A stretch of 64,000 bases of DNA from NCBI GenBank assembly GCA_963712165.1, contig CAVQGY010000005.1, forward strand, positions 123,165 through 187,164, read 5' to 3'. This DNA is from an uncultured Chloroflexia bacterium (GTDB taxonomy: Bacteria; Chloroflexota; Anaerolineae; Anaerolineales; UBA11858). Below, one piece after another: positions 42,908 to 52,796 of the stretch. The notes under the pieces are model-generated. The model saw only the letters and a list, made by a program, of their open reading frames with translations. It had not been told where the DNA came from and did no database searches. The position numbers were made by a program, and so were the translations under genes. Numbering within the stretch: the stretch's first letter is position 1; the number at the start of each line of letters is the position of its first letter.

Positions 42908-44938
42908 CTATTTTCCTGCCAGCAAGTTGATCTTTTCCCAGGGTTTCATATCTGTCTGCAGAGCAAGAAGCTCGCGCAGCTCGAACAGCTGATCCCGCAA
43001 ACCGGCAGCGGTTTCAAATTCCAGGTTTTCCGCGGCAGCCAGCATTTGGACTTCCAGTTCAGCGATGATATTCTTCAGCTCTGGCACCGGAATATTCTCC
43101 ATGCCAGCCTCGTATTCCTCACCGCTTTCGGCAACCGCCTTCGATTTCACCCTTTCAGTGATGTCCGAGATTGATTTCTTGATACTCTCCGGCTCGATAC
43201 CATGTTCCTGGTTGTACTCGACTTGTTTCTGGCGCCTCCGATCAGTTTCATCCAGGGCGGTTTTCATAGCCGGTGTGATCGAGTCAGCATACATGATCAC
43301 CTTGCCTTTCACGTGACGGGCTGCTCTTCCGATAGTCTGGATCAAAGCAGTATCCGAGCGCAGGAATCCTGCCTTATCAGCATCCAGGATGGCGACCAGG
43401 GATACTTCGGGGAGATCCAGACCTTCCCGGAGCAGATTGATGCCCACTATCACGTCATAAATGCCCAGCCGCAGATCCCGCAGTATGCCAACCCGCTCCA
43501 GGGTGTCGATCTCAGAATGCAGGTAGTGAACTTTGACCCCGCTTTCCTCGAGGTATTTGGATAGATCCTCTGCCATCCGCTTGGTCAGGGTCGTTACCAG
43601 AACCCGCTCGCCTCTTTCAGACCGCTCGAAGATCTCACCCATCAAATCATCCACCTGTCCCTCGATGGGTCGAACGACCACTTCCGGGTCGATCAAGCCT
43701 GTGGGTCTGATGATCTGGTCTACCACTTCATCAACCTTGCCCAGCTCATAGGGGCCTGGAGTGGCAGATGTATATATGGTATAGCCCATTTTTTCTTCGA
43801 ATTCCTCAAATTGGAGCGGACGATTGTCCAGCGCAGAAGGTAGCCGGAATCCATATTCCACCAGGGTGGATTTTCGTGAGCGATCTCCGTTGAACATACC
43901 CCGGATCTGGGGTATTGTCATATGGGATTCATCCAGGATCAGCAGGTACTCCTGCGGCAGGTAATCCATCATTGTCCAAGGCGCCGAATTGGCTGGGCGC
44001 TGGTCAAGATGGCGGGAGTAGTTTTCTATGCCCGAGCAGTAACCCACCTCGCGAAGCATCTCCAGGTCGTATTTAGTGCGCTGTTCGATCCGCTGTGCTT
44101 CAAGCAGCTTCCCATGGCGATTAAAGGTGATCACCTGCTCTGTGACTTCATCTTCAATATCCTTGATCGCCTGCTTGAGTTTTTCTTCCTCGGTGATGAA
44201 GTGTTTGGCGGGGTAGATATGAACTTCCTGGACCTCTTCCAGGATTTCTGCAGTTACCCGGTCGATGCGAGAGATCCGCTCCACCTCGTCGCCGAAGAAC
44301 GATACCCGATAGATATATTGGTCGTCATAGGCCGGGGCAATCTCCAGTGTATCTCCTCTCACACGGAAGGAACCTGGCCGTAAATCGATATCGTTGCGGG
44401 AATACTGTCCTTCGATAAGCTGGCGCAAGAGAGCATTGCGCCGATAAACAGAACCAACACTCAATTCAATGGCGACACTGCCGTAAGCCTCAGGATTTCC
44501 CAAGCCGTAGATACAGGAGACCGAAGCAACAATGATCACATCTTTGCGGGACATCAGTGCCGTGGTTGCGGCCAACCGCAACCTTTCAATTTCTTCATTG
44601 ATATCGGTCTCTTTTTCGATGAAGAGATCATGATGGGGCACATAGGCTTCAGGCTGATAATAATCGTAGTAGCTGACAAAATATTCTACAGCGTTTTCCG
44701 GGAAGAATGATTTGAACTCCGCATATAGTTGGGCTGCCAGGGTTTTGTTATGGGCGATCACCAGGGCCGGCATCTGGGTCATTTCGATCAGATTGGCAAC
44801 GGTGTATGTTTTGCCTGTGCCTGTAGCTCCCAGGAGGACCTGGTGCTGTTTCCCGGCGCGAATGCCTTCGATTAATTTTTCTATAGCCTGGGGCTGATCG
44901 CCCATAGGCCTGAACGGGGCCTGTAATTTAAACTCCAT
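42908..44938 (-). CDS. uvrB: excinuclease ABC subunit B
   Basis: [29 protein letters not shown] box, C-terminal UVR motif. ATG 44938 behind GGAAGG preferred over GTG 44950. Confidence 0.95.
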   Translation of the reverse strand: MEFKLQAPFRPMGDQPQAIEKLIEGIRAGKQHQVLLGATGTGKTYTVANLIEMTQMPALVIAHNKTLAAQLYAEFKSFFPENAVEYFVSYYDYYQPEAYVPHHDLFIEKETDINEEIERLRLAATTALMSRKDVIIVASVSCIYGLGNPEAYGSVAIELSVGSVYRRNALLRQLIEGQYSRNDIDLRPGSFRVRGDTLEIAPAYDDQYIYRVSFFGDEVERISRIDRVTAEILEEVQEVHIYPAKHFITEEEKLKQAIKDIEDEVTEQVITFNRHGKLLEAQRIEQRTKYDLEMLREVGYCSGIENYSRHLDQRPANSAPWTMMDYLPQEYLLILDESHMTIPQIRGMFNGDRSRKSTLVEYGFRLPSALDNRPLQFEEFEEKMGYTIYTSATPGPYELGKVDEVVDQIIRPTGLIDPEVVVRPIEGQVDDLMGEIFERSERGERVLVTTLTKRMAEDLSKYLEESGVKVHYLHSEIDTLERVGILRDLRLGIYDVIVGINLLREGLDLPEVSLVAILDADKAGFLRSDTALIQTIGRAARHVKGKVIMYADSITPAMKTALDETDRRRQKQVEYNQEHGIEPESIKKSISDITERVKSKAVAESGEEYEAGMENIPVPELKNIIAELEVQMLAAAENLEFETAAGLRDQLFELRELLALQTDMKPWEKINLLAGK

Positions 44939-44946
44939 AACCTTCC

Positions 44947-46011
44947 TCACTCACGAATATAAATTGGGTTGCTGTAGATCCATCCTCGGCGTCTGCCCCG
45001 GAAAGGGAGAAAAACTTCAACACGATAAACACCTTTTTCAGCAACTTCGAATTTGTAGCCCAGGCGATTTCTCCATTTCTTGATGGGTATGCCATCTTTG
45101 ATCAAAACACATTCTGCGGGTAGAGGTATTTCGATCTCCAGGGTTGCTCTACCTTGAAGGGGGATCTCATCCCCCATCACTCCCCGGTCTTCCCCGGATT
45201 TGGCGGTAAATCGAAAGCCGGTAGAAGGGAAGGGAAGGTCATAACCTATAAAGGCATGCCCTGCGCGTAAACCTTGATATATTAAACCCTGATCGGACTT
45301 AAAATCACCTGTTAATTCTGTTGGCAGCAGCAGGTGTGTGTTTACAGACTTGAAATGGAACTGGTAGGGGAAGAGTGTCCTCTTGATCGGCCCCAGGCTG
45401 GCATGCATGGCATGAGCATCTGATCCGCCGACCGCAACAACGCGATTTCCTTCGCCGGTCAGGCGGTCCCATATGGCCAGGGTCTCTGGAATAGGACCGC
45501 GGGCGATCAAATTTGGTAGATAGGCATACCAGAGTGCAGCAGGGATATTCTTCAACCTGGTTTTGAATTCTGAGAATCCATTCCAGAGCTCAATCCCTGT
45601 ATACCCACTGACATCCCACTTGTCCCAGGAAAAATCTCCCTGATCGAATTGAGGGGCAGCCGGATCGATAGGATGGGCGATGAATGACAGGCCGCCCAGA
45701 TCATTGATTCGATCCAACAGCTTTTGAGTATCCCCGGCCATCCCAGCCAGTTCCTGGTCAGCACCAAAAACAAGCAGGTGATTGTTCCGGGCTGGAGTGT
45801 TGTTGTCGTGGATCTCCTCCCCAATCAGTACCAGGATCTTTTTATCTCCCCGGGAGTGGTACCCTTCCTGATCTTGAACCAGGATATTGTGATCGGTGAT
45901 GATCACCGCGTCGAGCCCGCTATCCAGAGCTGCTTCTGCAACCTCCTGGTGGGTGCCTGTGCCGTCTGAAAATACTGTATGCATGTGTAAGTTGATGATT
46001 ATTTCTGGCAT
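44947..46011 (-). CDS. PHP-domain metallophosphoesterase (CehA/McbA-like)
   Basis: [33 protein letters not shown]. The stop lies 8 nt before the uvrB ATG. Confidence 0.8.
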   Translation of the reverse strand: MPEIIINLHMHTVFSDGTGTHQEVAEAALDSGLDAVIITDHNILVQDQEGYHSRGDKKILVLIGEEIHDNNTPARNNHLLVFGADQELAGMAGDTQKLLDRINDLGGLSFIAHPIDPAAPQFDQGDFSWDKWDVSGYTGIELWNGFSEFKTRLKNIPAALWYAYLPNLIARGPIPETLAIWDRLTGEGNRVVAVGGSDAHAMHASLGPIKRTLFPYQFHFKSVNTHLLLPTELTGDFKSDQGLIYQGLRAGHAFIGYDLPFPSTGFRFTAKSGEDRGVMGDEIPLQGRATLEIEIPLPAECVLIKDGIPIKKWRNRLGYKFEVAEKGVYRVEVFLPFRGRRRGWIYSNPIYIRE

Positions 46012-46051
46012 AATCCATTCCTGTCTAACTAGATGAGTAGGGGTGAGCTTC

Positions 46052-46081
46052 TTGACGTTCTCCCTGTAGAGAAGGTATAAT
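46052..46081 (+). promoter_or_regulatory. sigma70-type promoter upstream of secG
   Basis: TTGACG (46052-46057), 18-nt spacer, TATAAT (46076-46081). Confidence 0.55.
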
Positions 46082-46174
46082 CGCCCTGCTTGATAATCGT
46101 TGGAAAGTGTTAAAATGAATGATCAGCAGAACTGATTTTGTGATCCAGCAAGCTGCTGGTCTGGGGAGGTTTTT

Positions 46175-46399
46175 GTGGCAACATATTTGAATATCGGATT
46201 GATTATTACATCTATTGCCCTGATTGCCAGTGTTATTCTACAGAGCAAGGGAGCTGGCCTGGGTGGGTTAACAGGTGGCGATGCCGGGGGTGTTTTTTCT
46301 GCTCGCCGAGGAGTTGAAAAGACTCTATTCCGGGTGACTATTGGACTCAGTGTTTTATTTTTTGGATTGGCTATTGCCTCAGTTATTGTAACAGTTTAA
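46175..46399 (+). CDS. secG: preprotein translocase subunit SecG
   Basis: 74 aa, two TM helices flanking the Gly-rich loop QSKGAGLGGLTGGDAGGVF. GTG start. Confidence 0.8.
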   Translation: MATYLNIGLIITSIALIASVILQSKGAGLGGLTGGDAGGVFSARRGVEKTLFRVTIGLSVLFFGLAIASVIVTV

Positions 46400-46445
46400 T
46401 AGGAAGACAGACTTGTTATAGCACCAAGTGTTATGACCAGAGAGT

Positions 46446-46476
46446 GCCGGAAAATATGGATCCCATGTTTTCCGGC
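46446..46476 (+). terminator. hairpin after secG (weak T tract)
   Basis: Stem GCCGGAAAA (46446-46454) / TTTTCCGGC (46468-46476). Confidence 0.4.
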
Positions 46477-46527
46477 TAGGTTTAAGTCAAGGGGGGATAG
46501 TATGTTCATAACTGTAGGAATGAACCC

Positions 46528-48234
46528 ATGGAACTGATTAAGAAATTGCGCTGGCAAATATTGATTATTGTCCTGGCATTAGTGGTGATCGCTTTTGTCC
46601 TCTGGGGACAACAAGCTGAGCCAGTACTCGTGGAAAATCCTGAGCCAACCAGTGGTGGATTGTATACAGAGGGTATTATCGGTTCCCTGATGCGCCTGAA
46701 TCCGCTCCTGGCAGAATTCAATCCTCCCGATCAGGACCCGGTTAGCCTGCTTTTCAGGGGGTTGATCCGTTTCGACAGTACCGGTTTACCGCAGCCCGAC
46801 CTCTCCAGTGCCTGGGGGATCTCACAAGATGGCGCAGTATATAACTTCTCCCTGCGGCCGGATATTTTCTGGCATGACGGGGAGCCGGTAACTAGTGAGG
46901 ATGTGATCTTTACAGTCAGCCTGCTTCAGGACCCGGAGTTCCCGGTTCCTGAAGATCTGGCAGCGTTCTGGCAGGAGGTTGAGGCGGTCATCCTGGATGA
47001 AAGGAATTTCCAGTTCAGACTCCCGGAAGCTTATTCCCCATTCTTGGCTTATCTTGATTTTGGGATATTGCCAGCCCATTTATTGGGTGACTTGACGGTC
47101 CCAGAAATCGTTGATGCGCCCTATAACCTGCAGCCAGTAGGCACAGGTCCTTATCAGTTTGACCAGTTGATCATAGAAGATGGTCAAATCGCGGGAGTTA
47201 TCCTCAAGGTGAATCCAGAATTCTACAGAGAACAAGCTTTTCTGGATCAGGTGGCCTTTATATATTACCCAGATTCCCAGGCGATATGGGAGGCCTATCA
47301 GAATGGGGAGATCCAGGGCATTGGGGAGATCAGGGATGAGATCCTTTTTGACGCGCTAGCGGACGAGGATCTAAGTTTATACACCAGCCGGTTGCCTGAA
47401 TTGACTTTGGTACTGCTCAATCTGGATAACCCGGAGCTTCCCTTTTTGAACGAAGTGGACCTGAGGAAGGCTCTCCTGTATGGTATTAACCGTCAATATC
47501 TCGTGGATCAGATCAATCAGGGGCAAGCCATCATTGCAGATGGCCCTGTTTTCCCAAATACCTGGGCATTTTACGATAATATCCCCCGTTACGAATTTGA
47601 CACCGAACTCGCGATTGAGATCATCAAAGACCTTGGGTATACCTTTCCAAGCGAAGATGTGCTCGCGCGAGAGAATGAAGAGGGGGACCGCCTGGAGATG
47701 GAACTGATCTACCCGGAAACTGGTATACACACCCAGATCGCTCAGGCCATTCAGGAAAACTGGACAGTCCTGGGATTCAATATCACCCTACAACCGCTTT
47801 CTTACCAGGAGTTGTTGGATAAACTGGATGAGCGGGATTATGCGGCGGCCTTGGTCGATCTGAATCTCACTGGTATGCCTGATCCTGATCCGTACCCATT
47901 CTGGCACCAAACCCAGAAGACGAACGGGCAGAATTACTCCAATTGGAACGATCGCCGGGCGAGTGAGTACCTGGAACAAGCAAGATTGGTTCTTGATATT
48001 GGGGAACGGGCCAAGCTTTACAAGAATTTCCAGGTGAGATTTCATGATCAGCTGCCGGCTCTTCCTCTATATTATCAAGTTTATAACTACGGGGTTGCTT
48101 CAGACGTAAAGGGTGTCCGCATTGGCCCAATTTATAATCCCTCCGATCGCCTAAATACCATCATTGATTGGTATTTGTTCGTGGAAGTGCCTGGCGGTTT
48201 GGAACCGACCGATGATAAACCAGCGGGAGACTAA
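46528..48234 (+). CDS. ABC transporter substrate-binding protein, family 5 (peptide/nickel type)
   Basis: N-terminal anchor. ...FWHDGEPVTSEDVIFT..., ...PVGTGPYQF... Typical size for a family-5 SBP. No permease or ATPase genes adjacent. Confidence 0.8.
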   Translation: MELIKKLRWQILIIVLALVVIAFVLWGQQAEPVLVENPEPTSGGLYTEGIIGSLMRLNPLLAEFNPPDQDPVSLLFRGLIRFDSTGLPQPDLSSAWGISQDGAVYNFSLRPDIFWHDGEPVTSEDVIFTVSLLQDPEFPVPEDLAAFWQEVEAVILDERNFQFRLPEAYSPFLAYLDFGILPAHLLGDLTVPEIVDAPYNLQPVGTGPYQFDQLIIEDGQIAGVILKVNPEFYREQAFLDQVAFIYYPDSQAIWEAYQNGEIQGIGEIRDEILFDALADEDLSLYTSRLPELTLVLLNLDNPELPFLNEVDLRKALLYGINRQYLVDQINQGQAIIADGPVFPNTWAFYDNIPRYEFDTELAIEIIKDLGYTFPSEDVLARENEEGDRLEMELIYPETGIHTQIAQAIQENWTVLGFNITLQPLSYQELLDKLDERDYAAALVDLNLTGMPDPDPYPFWHQTQKTNGQNYSNWNDRRASEYLEQARLVLDIGERAKLYKNFQVRFHDQLPALPLYYQVYNYGVASDVKGVRIGPIYNPSDRLNTIIDWYLFVEVPGGLEPTDDKPAGD

Positions 48235-48314
48235 TCCCTCCTGACCACCAGTTTGGACTACAAGGGTTGAACAACGTGAACAAAGATATTGCCTATCCTG
48301 GACAAGAAAGCCAG

Positions 48315-51083
48315 ATGAATCCTGAGACCTGGTTTGCACTCAAAGCCGATCAGGTCATATCCCTTCTAAATAGCAACCGCGAAGAGGGCCTATCCAATTC
48401 CGAAGCCCAGAAACGATTTGAGTCTTATGGAGCGAACGAGCTCCAGGAAGCTCCACCCACCAGCATCTGGATCAAGATCTATGAGCAGTTTGCCAACTTT
48501 GTAGTCATCCTGCTCCTGGTGGCTGCAGTGATTTCAGCTGTCCTGTCTGACTGGATAGAAGCTGCTGCCATACTCACCATCGTGGTGTTAAACGCTATCC
48601 TTGGTGTGGTTCAAGAGAGTCGGGCAGAGGAAGCCCTGGCTGCCTTGAAGAAGATGGCAGCGCCTGATGCCAATATTCTCAGGGAAGGTCACCGCCAAGC
48701 GATCCCTGCCCGAGAGGTAGTCCCGGGAGATATTGTTTTCCTGGAAGCCGGAAACTTCGTGCCTGCAGACGTGCGGCTTTTAGAAACCGCTAATCTCAGG
48801 ATCGAAGAGGCAGCTTTGACCGGGGAATCAGTGGCAGTCACAAAGAATCCCGATCTCGACCTGGAAGTGGATGCTCCCTTGGGAGACCGGAAAACCATGG
48901 CCTATACAGGCACGGTGGTCAGCTACGGACGGGGAGTAGGTGTAGTTGTCAGTACGGGAATGGGAACAGAGATCGGTCAGATCGCGACCATGCTCCAGGA
49001 TGTGGAAGAAGGTGATACCCCACTGCAGAAGAAACTGGATAGTTTTGGGCGTACTCTGGGGTGGGTTACCTTGGTGATCTGCGGGGCGGTTTTTGTGGAA
49101 GGCTGGATAACAGGAACTCCTCCCCTGGAAATGTTCATGATCGCGGTCAGTTTAGCCATCGCCGCCGTACCTGAAGGATTGCCTGCAGTAGTGACCATCA
49201 CTCTGGCCCTGGGCATGCAGGAAATGATCGCCCGCAATGCGTTGATCAGGAAGCTGTCCTCAGTGGAGACTTTGGGCTCGGCAACAGTGATCTGTTCTGA
49301 CAAAACTGGCACTTTAACCCAGAATGAGATGACAGTAACCAATATCGCTGTGGATGGCGAGTTCCTGGATATTACCGGGACGGGATATGATCTGGAAGGG
49401 GATTTCCTGTGTGATGGCCTGGCAGTGGATTTGGCTGAGGATTATCCTGGCATCCGAACAGCCCTATGGATCAGCGCCTTGAATAATGATGCTATCCTGG
49501 AAACGGACTACGATGAACAGGGACGGCAATCAATCCGGATGGTTGGCGATCCAACTGAAGGTGCTCTTTTGATTGCCGCAGCAAAAGGTGGAGCACTTCC
49601 AGCACCGCTGGCCCAGGCTTACCCCCGGATAAAAGAGATTCCTTTCGATTCAGAACGCAAACGCATGGTGACTATCCATGCCATTAAACATCCTGAAGCC
49701 GGAGATGTATCCCCGTTTTACGATCAGAAACAGGAAGCCTGGTATGTTGTAGCTCAGAAAGGCGCCCCTGATATAGTTTTGGATCGCTGTACACATTACC
49801 AGGGCCGTGATGATACCGTTGTGCCGCTTGATGAGGAACAGCGCCGACGCATACTGGCAGCCAATGACCGCATGACCAGCCAAGCCCTTCGCGTTTTAGG
49901 CGTGGCCTACCGGGTGATCAAAGATTTGGATTATCACCCGGATAGTGACCTGGATGATAGCATCGAGCAGGAGTTGATCTTTGTTGGTTTGCTGGGAATG
50001 ATCGATCCAGCCCGCCCCGAGGTGCTTCCTGCGCTGGCTACGGCTAAGAAAGCTGGTATCCGGACAGTGATGATCACTGGTGATTATCCCAATACTGCCC
50101 GAGCGATCGCCCAGGAGATCGGGCTGCTCGCCGAAGGCCATCGTGTACTCACGGGCAAGGATCTGGATAGGCTCAGTGACGAGGATCTTAAAGAAACAGT
50201 AAAAGTAACCGATGTCTTTGCCCGGGTCTCGCCGGAGCATAAAGTGCGTATCGTAGACGCATTTCGAGCCAATAATGAAGTTGTAGCGATGACTGGTGAC
50301 GGTGTCAACGATGCGCCTTCCATCAAAAAGGCGGATATTGGAATCGCCATGGGAATCACGGGGACTGATGTGGCCAAAGAAACAGCGGACATGGTGTTAA
50401 CAGACGATAACTATGCCAGCATCGTTTCTGCTGTAGAACAAGGGAGAATCATTTACAGTAATATCAGGAAATTCGTCTACTTCCTGCTTTCCTGTAATAT
50501 CGCAGAGATAGCGACCATCTTCCTGGCAACCATGTTCGGCTGGAGATCACCCCTGAGCGCCATCCAGCTCCTGTGGTTGAATTTGATCTCCGATGGTGCG
50601 CCTGCTCTGGCGCTGGGACTGGAAAAAGGCGATCCTGATCTAATGGATCAACCCCCTCGTGATCCTGGTGAGCCGATTTTGAACCGCTTTATGTTAACCG
50701 GGATTGGTATTCAGACTATCGCTATCACAGCCGTCACATTGGGTGCTTACTGGATCGGGTTGAGGAATTACCCAGAATTGGCCCCTACTATGGCTTTTGT
50801 GACCCTCTCATTCTCAGAGCTGTTACGAGCTTTTACAGCCCGATCAGAAAGGGTCCCGATCCTCAAGATAGGCTTGTTCAGCAATAAGGTGATGAATATT
50901 GCCATCCTTTCCTCATTGGCCTTGCTCATGGCAGTGGTCTACATCCCCTTCCTCCAGGGGATCTTTGACACAGTACCCCTGGGCTGGACCCAGTGGCGGA
51001 TCATCTTGCCCTTGTTGATTGGCCCTTCAATCGCCGCTGAGCTTACCAAGATCATATACGGGTCAATAAAAGCTGGGAGCTGA
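48315..51083 (+). CDS. P-type cation-transporting ATPase, type II (Ca2+-ATPase-like)
   Basis: TGES, ICSDKTGTLT, MITGDYPNTA, TGDGVNDAPSIKKADIG, 10-TM layout. The Ca2+ specificity is an inference. Confidence 0.88.
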   Translation: MNPETWFALKADQVISLLNSNREEGLSNSEAQKRFESYGANELQEAPPTSIWIKIYEQFANFVVILLLVAAVISAVLSDWIEAAAILTIVVLNAILGVVQESRAEEALAALKKMAAPDANILREGHRQAIPAREVVPGDIVFLEAGNFVPADVRLLETANLRIEEAALTGESVAVTKNPDLDLEVDAPLGDRKTMAYTGTVVSYGRGVGVVVSTGMGTEIGQIATMLQDVEEGDTPLQKKLDSFGRTLGWVTLVICGAVFVEGWITGTPPLEMFMIAVSLAIAAVPEGLPAVVTITLALGMQEMIARNALIRKLSSVETLGSATVICSDKTGTLTQNEMTVTNIAVDGEFLDITGTGYDLEGDFLCDGLAVDLAEDYPGIRTALWISALNNDAILETDYDEQGRQSIRMVGDPTEGALLIAAAKGGALPAPLAQAYPRIKEIPFDSERKRMVTIHAIKHPEAGDVSPFYDQKQEAWYVVAQKGAPDIVLDRCTHYQGRDDTVVPLDEEQRRRILAANDRMTSQALRVLGVAYRVIKDLDYHPDSDLDDSIEQELIFVGLLGMIDPARPEVLPALATAKKAGIRTVMITGDYPNTARAIAQEIGLLAEGHRVLTGKDLDRLSDEDLKETVKVTDVFARVSPEHKVRIVDAFRANNEVVAMTGDGVNDAPSIKKADIGIAMGITGTDVAKETADMVLTDDNYASIVSAVEQGRIIYSNIRKFVYFLLSCNIAEIATIFLATMFGWRSPLSAIQLLWLNLISDGAPALALGLEKGDPDLMDQPPRDPGEPILNRFMLTGIGIQTIAITAVTLGAYWIGLRNYPELAPTMAFVTLSFSELLRAFTARSERVPILKIGLFSNKVMNIAILSSLALLMAVVYIPFLQGIFDTVPLGWTQWRIILPLLIGPSIAAELTKIIYGSIKAGS

Positions 51084-51101
51084 GGGTTATTAGATTCATG
51101 C

Positions 51102-51130
51102 CTGGATCCACCAGAACCCGGTGGATCCAG
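51102..51130 (+). terminator. hairpin terminator after the ATPase gene
   Basis: Stem CTGGATCCACC / GGTGGATCCAG (11 bp) with a 7-nt loop. The T tract is weak (TATTCTTT). Confidence 0.5.
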
Positions 51131-51269
51131 TATTCTTTAAGAAGTCATCCCGTTATTGCCAAAATCTATCAAGTATTCATTTAATTAATGATTTATTAGA
51201 ACTGCAGCATCCAATATATCTCAGGATATAAAACGGCTAGTATAGGTATACTGACCACAAGAGGAGTGA

Positions 51270-51998
51270 ATGATGAGTTCTCGCAAGTATCTTGAAGAAC
51301 GACGACAGCAGAGAAAAAAACAGAATAATCTCTATGCACTGATCATGGTTGGCGGCGTAACTCTCGTTCTTGCTGCGGTGATCTATGCGGTTATTACCAG
51401 CAGTAATATCAACCTTAAGGCCAGGCAGATTGTGCAACCGGAATTTTCCGAGCTTGATCAGTACGGGTTGAGCGGCTTGGGTGATCCCCAGGCTCCAGTG
51501 CTCATTGAAGAATATTCAGATTTTGGCTGTGGTTACTGCGGAGACTTCGCATTGGGAACCAAGAAACTGCTGGAAGAGGAATATTTAATAACAGGCCAAG
51601 TTTCGCTTGTCTTCCGCACTCTTGGAAATCTAGCGGAAGCGCCAGCGCTTCGGCAGGCTGCTGAAGGTGTTTATTGTGCCGGTGAGCAAGAGGCATTCTG
51701 GGATTACCATGATCTGCTCTTCGCCAATCAGGCTAAACTGTTTACCAACCGTACAGCAAATATCTCCAAAACGTTGGAGACCTTTGCGGAAATGCTTTTA
51801 TTAGACCAGGATGAATTTACGGCCTGTGTAGCTGAAGGGAAATACCAGCAGCTGGTAGCCGAGAACCAGGTTGCTGCAGCTAATCTAGGCATTAGCGGAA
51901 CGCCAACCTTTGTGATCAATGGGGTTGTCCTGCGCGGAAATCAACCTTATGAGAACTTCCAGCAGGTGATCGAGGAAGCACTGGCTGCCACTGAGTAA
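51270..51998 (+). CDS. DsbA-family thiol:disulfide oxidoreductase, membrane anchored
   Basis: N-terminal TM helix, then YSDFGCGYCGDF (CxxC) in a thioredoxin-fold context, GTPTFVING. Confidence 0.8.
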   Translation: MMSSRKYLEERRQQRKKQNNLYALIMVGGVTLVLAAVIYAVITSSNINLKARQIVQPEFSELDQYGLSGLGDPQAPVLIEEYSDFGCGYCGDFALGTKKLLEEEYLITGQVSLVFRTLGNLAEAPALRQAAEGVYCAGEQEAFWDYHDLLFANQAKLFTNRTANISKTLETFAEMLLLDQDEFTACVAEGKYQQLVAENQVAAANLGISGTPTFVINGVVLRGNQPYENFQQVIEEALAATE

Positions 51999-52067
51999 AT
52001 CCCCGCCAGAAGAGTGAGTTGGAAAATAGTCGAAATATCCCGGTTTGATGGGATTAAGATGGCTTAT

Positions 52068-52454
52068 TCATCTCAATTTGATGGCATAGTATAGCCAAAC
52101 TGTAAGAAAGAGAATAAATACGACGAGGAATCCCCATGCAGCAAGCGGGGCTCCCATCCCTAGAGCTAATCCCAGTCCCAGGACAGCGCCCGAAGCCCAG
52201 ATGACCTTCAACCTCAGTAAGGCGCGATAGGTATCTCTGGAAGCATTCCGGCTGAATAACGACTCTCCCCCTATCCCCAGTAGAGCAGCGCCAACCAAAC
52301 GGGAGGTTACCGGATCGACATTCTCCCAGCCAAACCAAGGCATAATGACCTCCGGGAAGAAGATCAGCGGGATAGCGAACAGCATATCCACTCCAAAGTG
52401 GATCAAGAACCAGGTCTTTATTCTGGGAGGTATCAGATCTTGTTTGGTATCCAT
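52068..52454 (-). CDS. hypothetical small membrane protein
   Basis: Four hydrophobic segments. ATG 52454 lies 5 nt after the ferredoxin stop. Confidence 0.55.
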   Translation of the reverse strand: MDTKQDLIPPRIKTWFLIHFGVDMLFAIPLIFFPEVIMPWFGWENVDPVTSRLVGAALLGIGGESLFSRNASRDTYRALLRLKVIWASGAVLGLGLALGMGAPLAAWGFLVVFILFLTVWLYYAIKLR

Positions 52455-52459
52455 CACGG

Positions 52460-52795
52460 TTAAGGTTCCACTTCGTCTGAGGGCCGCGGACCAGGATCAT
52501 CCAAGCCGCTTTCGCTGAAAGGCAGCAGCACTTTGACATGCATCTCCTGATCCACTGTGCTCTGACAGGAAAGACGGAATTGTCCTATTTTCCCCTGGCT
52601 TTCCAGCTTGGCCTGTTCTGCTTCAGTCATCTCTTCCGGTTCACCGGATAGGAACACCACCCGGCAGGTTGTGCAGCGGGCAAAACCCCCACAGCGGTGC
52701 AGCGGTTCACCTCCAAGATCTTCTAGAGCATTAACCAGGCGGATTCCTTCTTCAACTTCGAATTCTCCAACACCCTCAATGATCAATTTAGGCAT
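52460..52795 (-). CDS. 2Fe-2S ferredoxin
   Basis: HRCGGFARCTTCRV...LSCQ gives the Cx5Cx2C...C ligand pattern; 111 aa. Confidence 0.8.
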   Translation of the reverse strand: MPKLIIEGVGEFEVEEGIRLVNALEDLGGEPLHRCGGFARCTTCRVVFLSGEPEEMTEAEQAKLESQGKIGQFRLSCQSTVDQEMHVKVLLPFSESGLDDPGPRPSDEVEP

Positions 52796-52796
52796 A

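Noticed and set aside
44947-44950. GTG 44950 as the uvrB start, giving a 4-nt overlap with the PHP gene.
   Set aside because: ATG 44938 is preceded by GGAAGG at proper spacing and yields the canonical UvrB N-terminus ([16 protein letters not shown]).
52054-52539. 161-aa alternative-frame ORF overlapping the small membrane protein gene and the ferredoxin 3' end.
   Set aside because: It is Cys/Arg/Gly-rich and overlaps the ferredoxin gene. The 52068-52454 frame gives regular TM helices and is tightly coupled to the ferredoxin stop.
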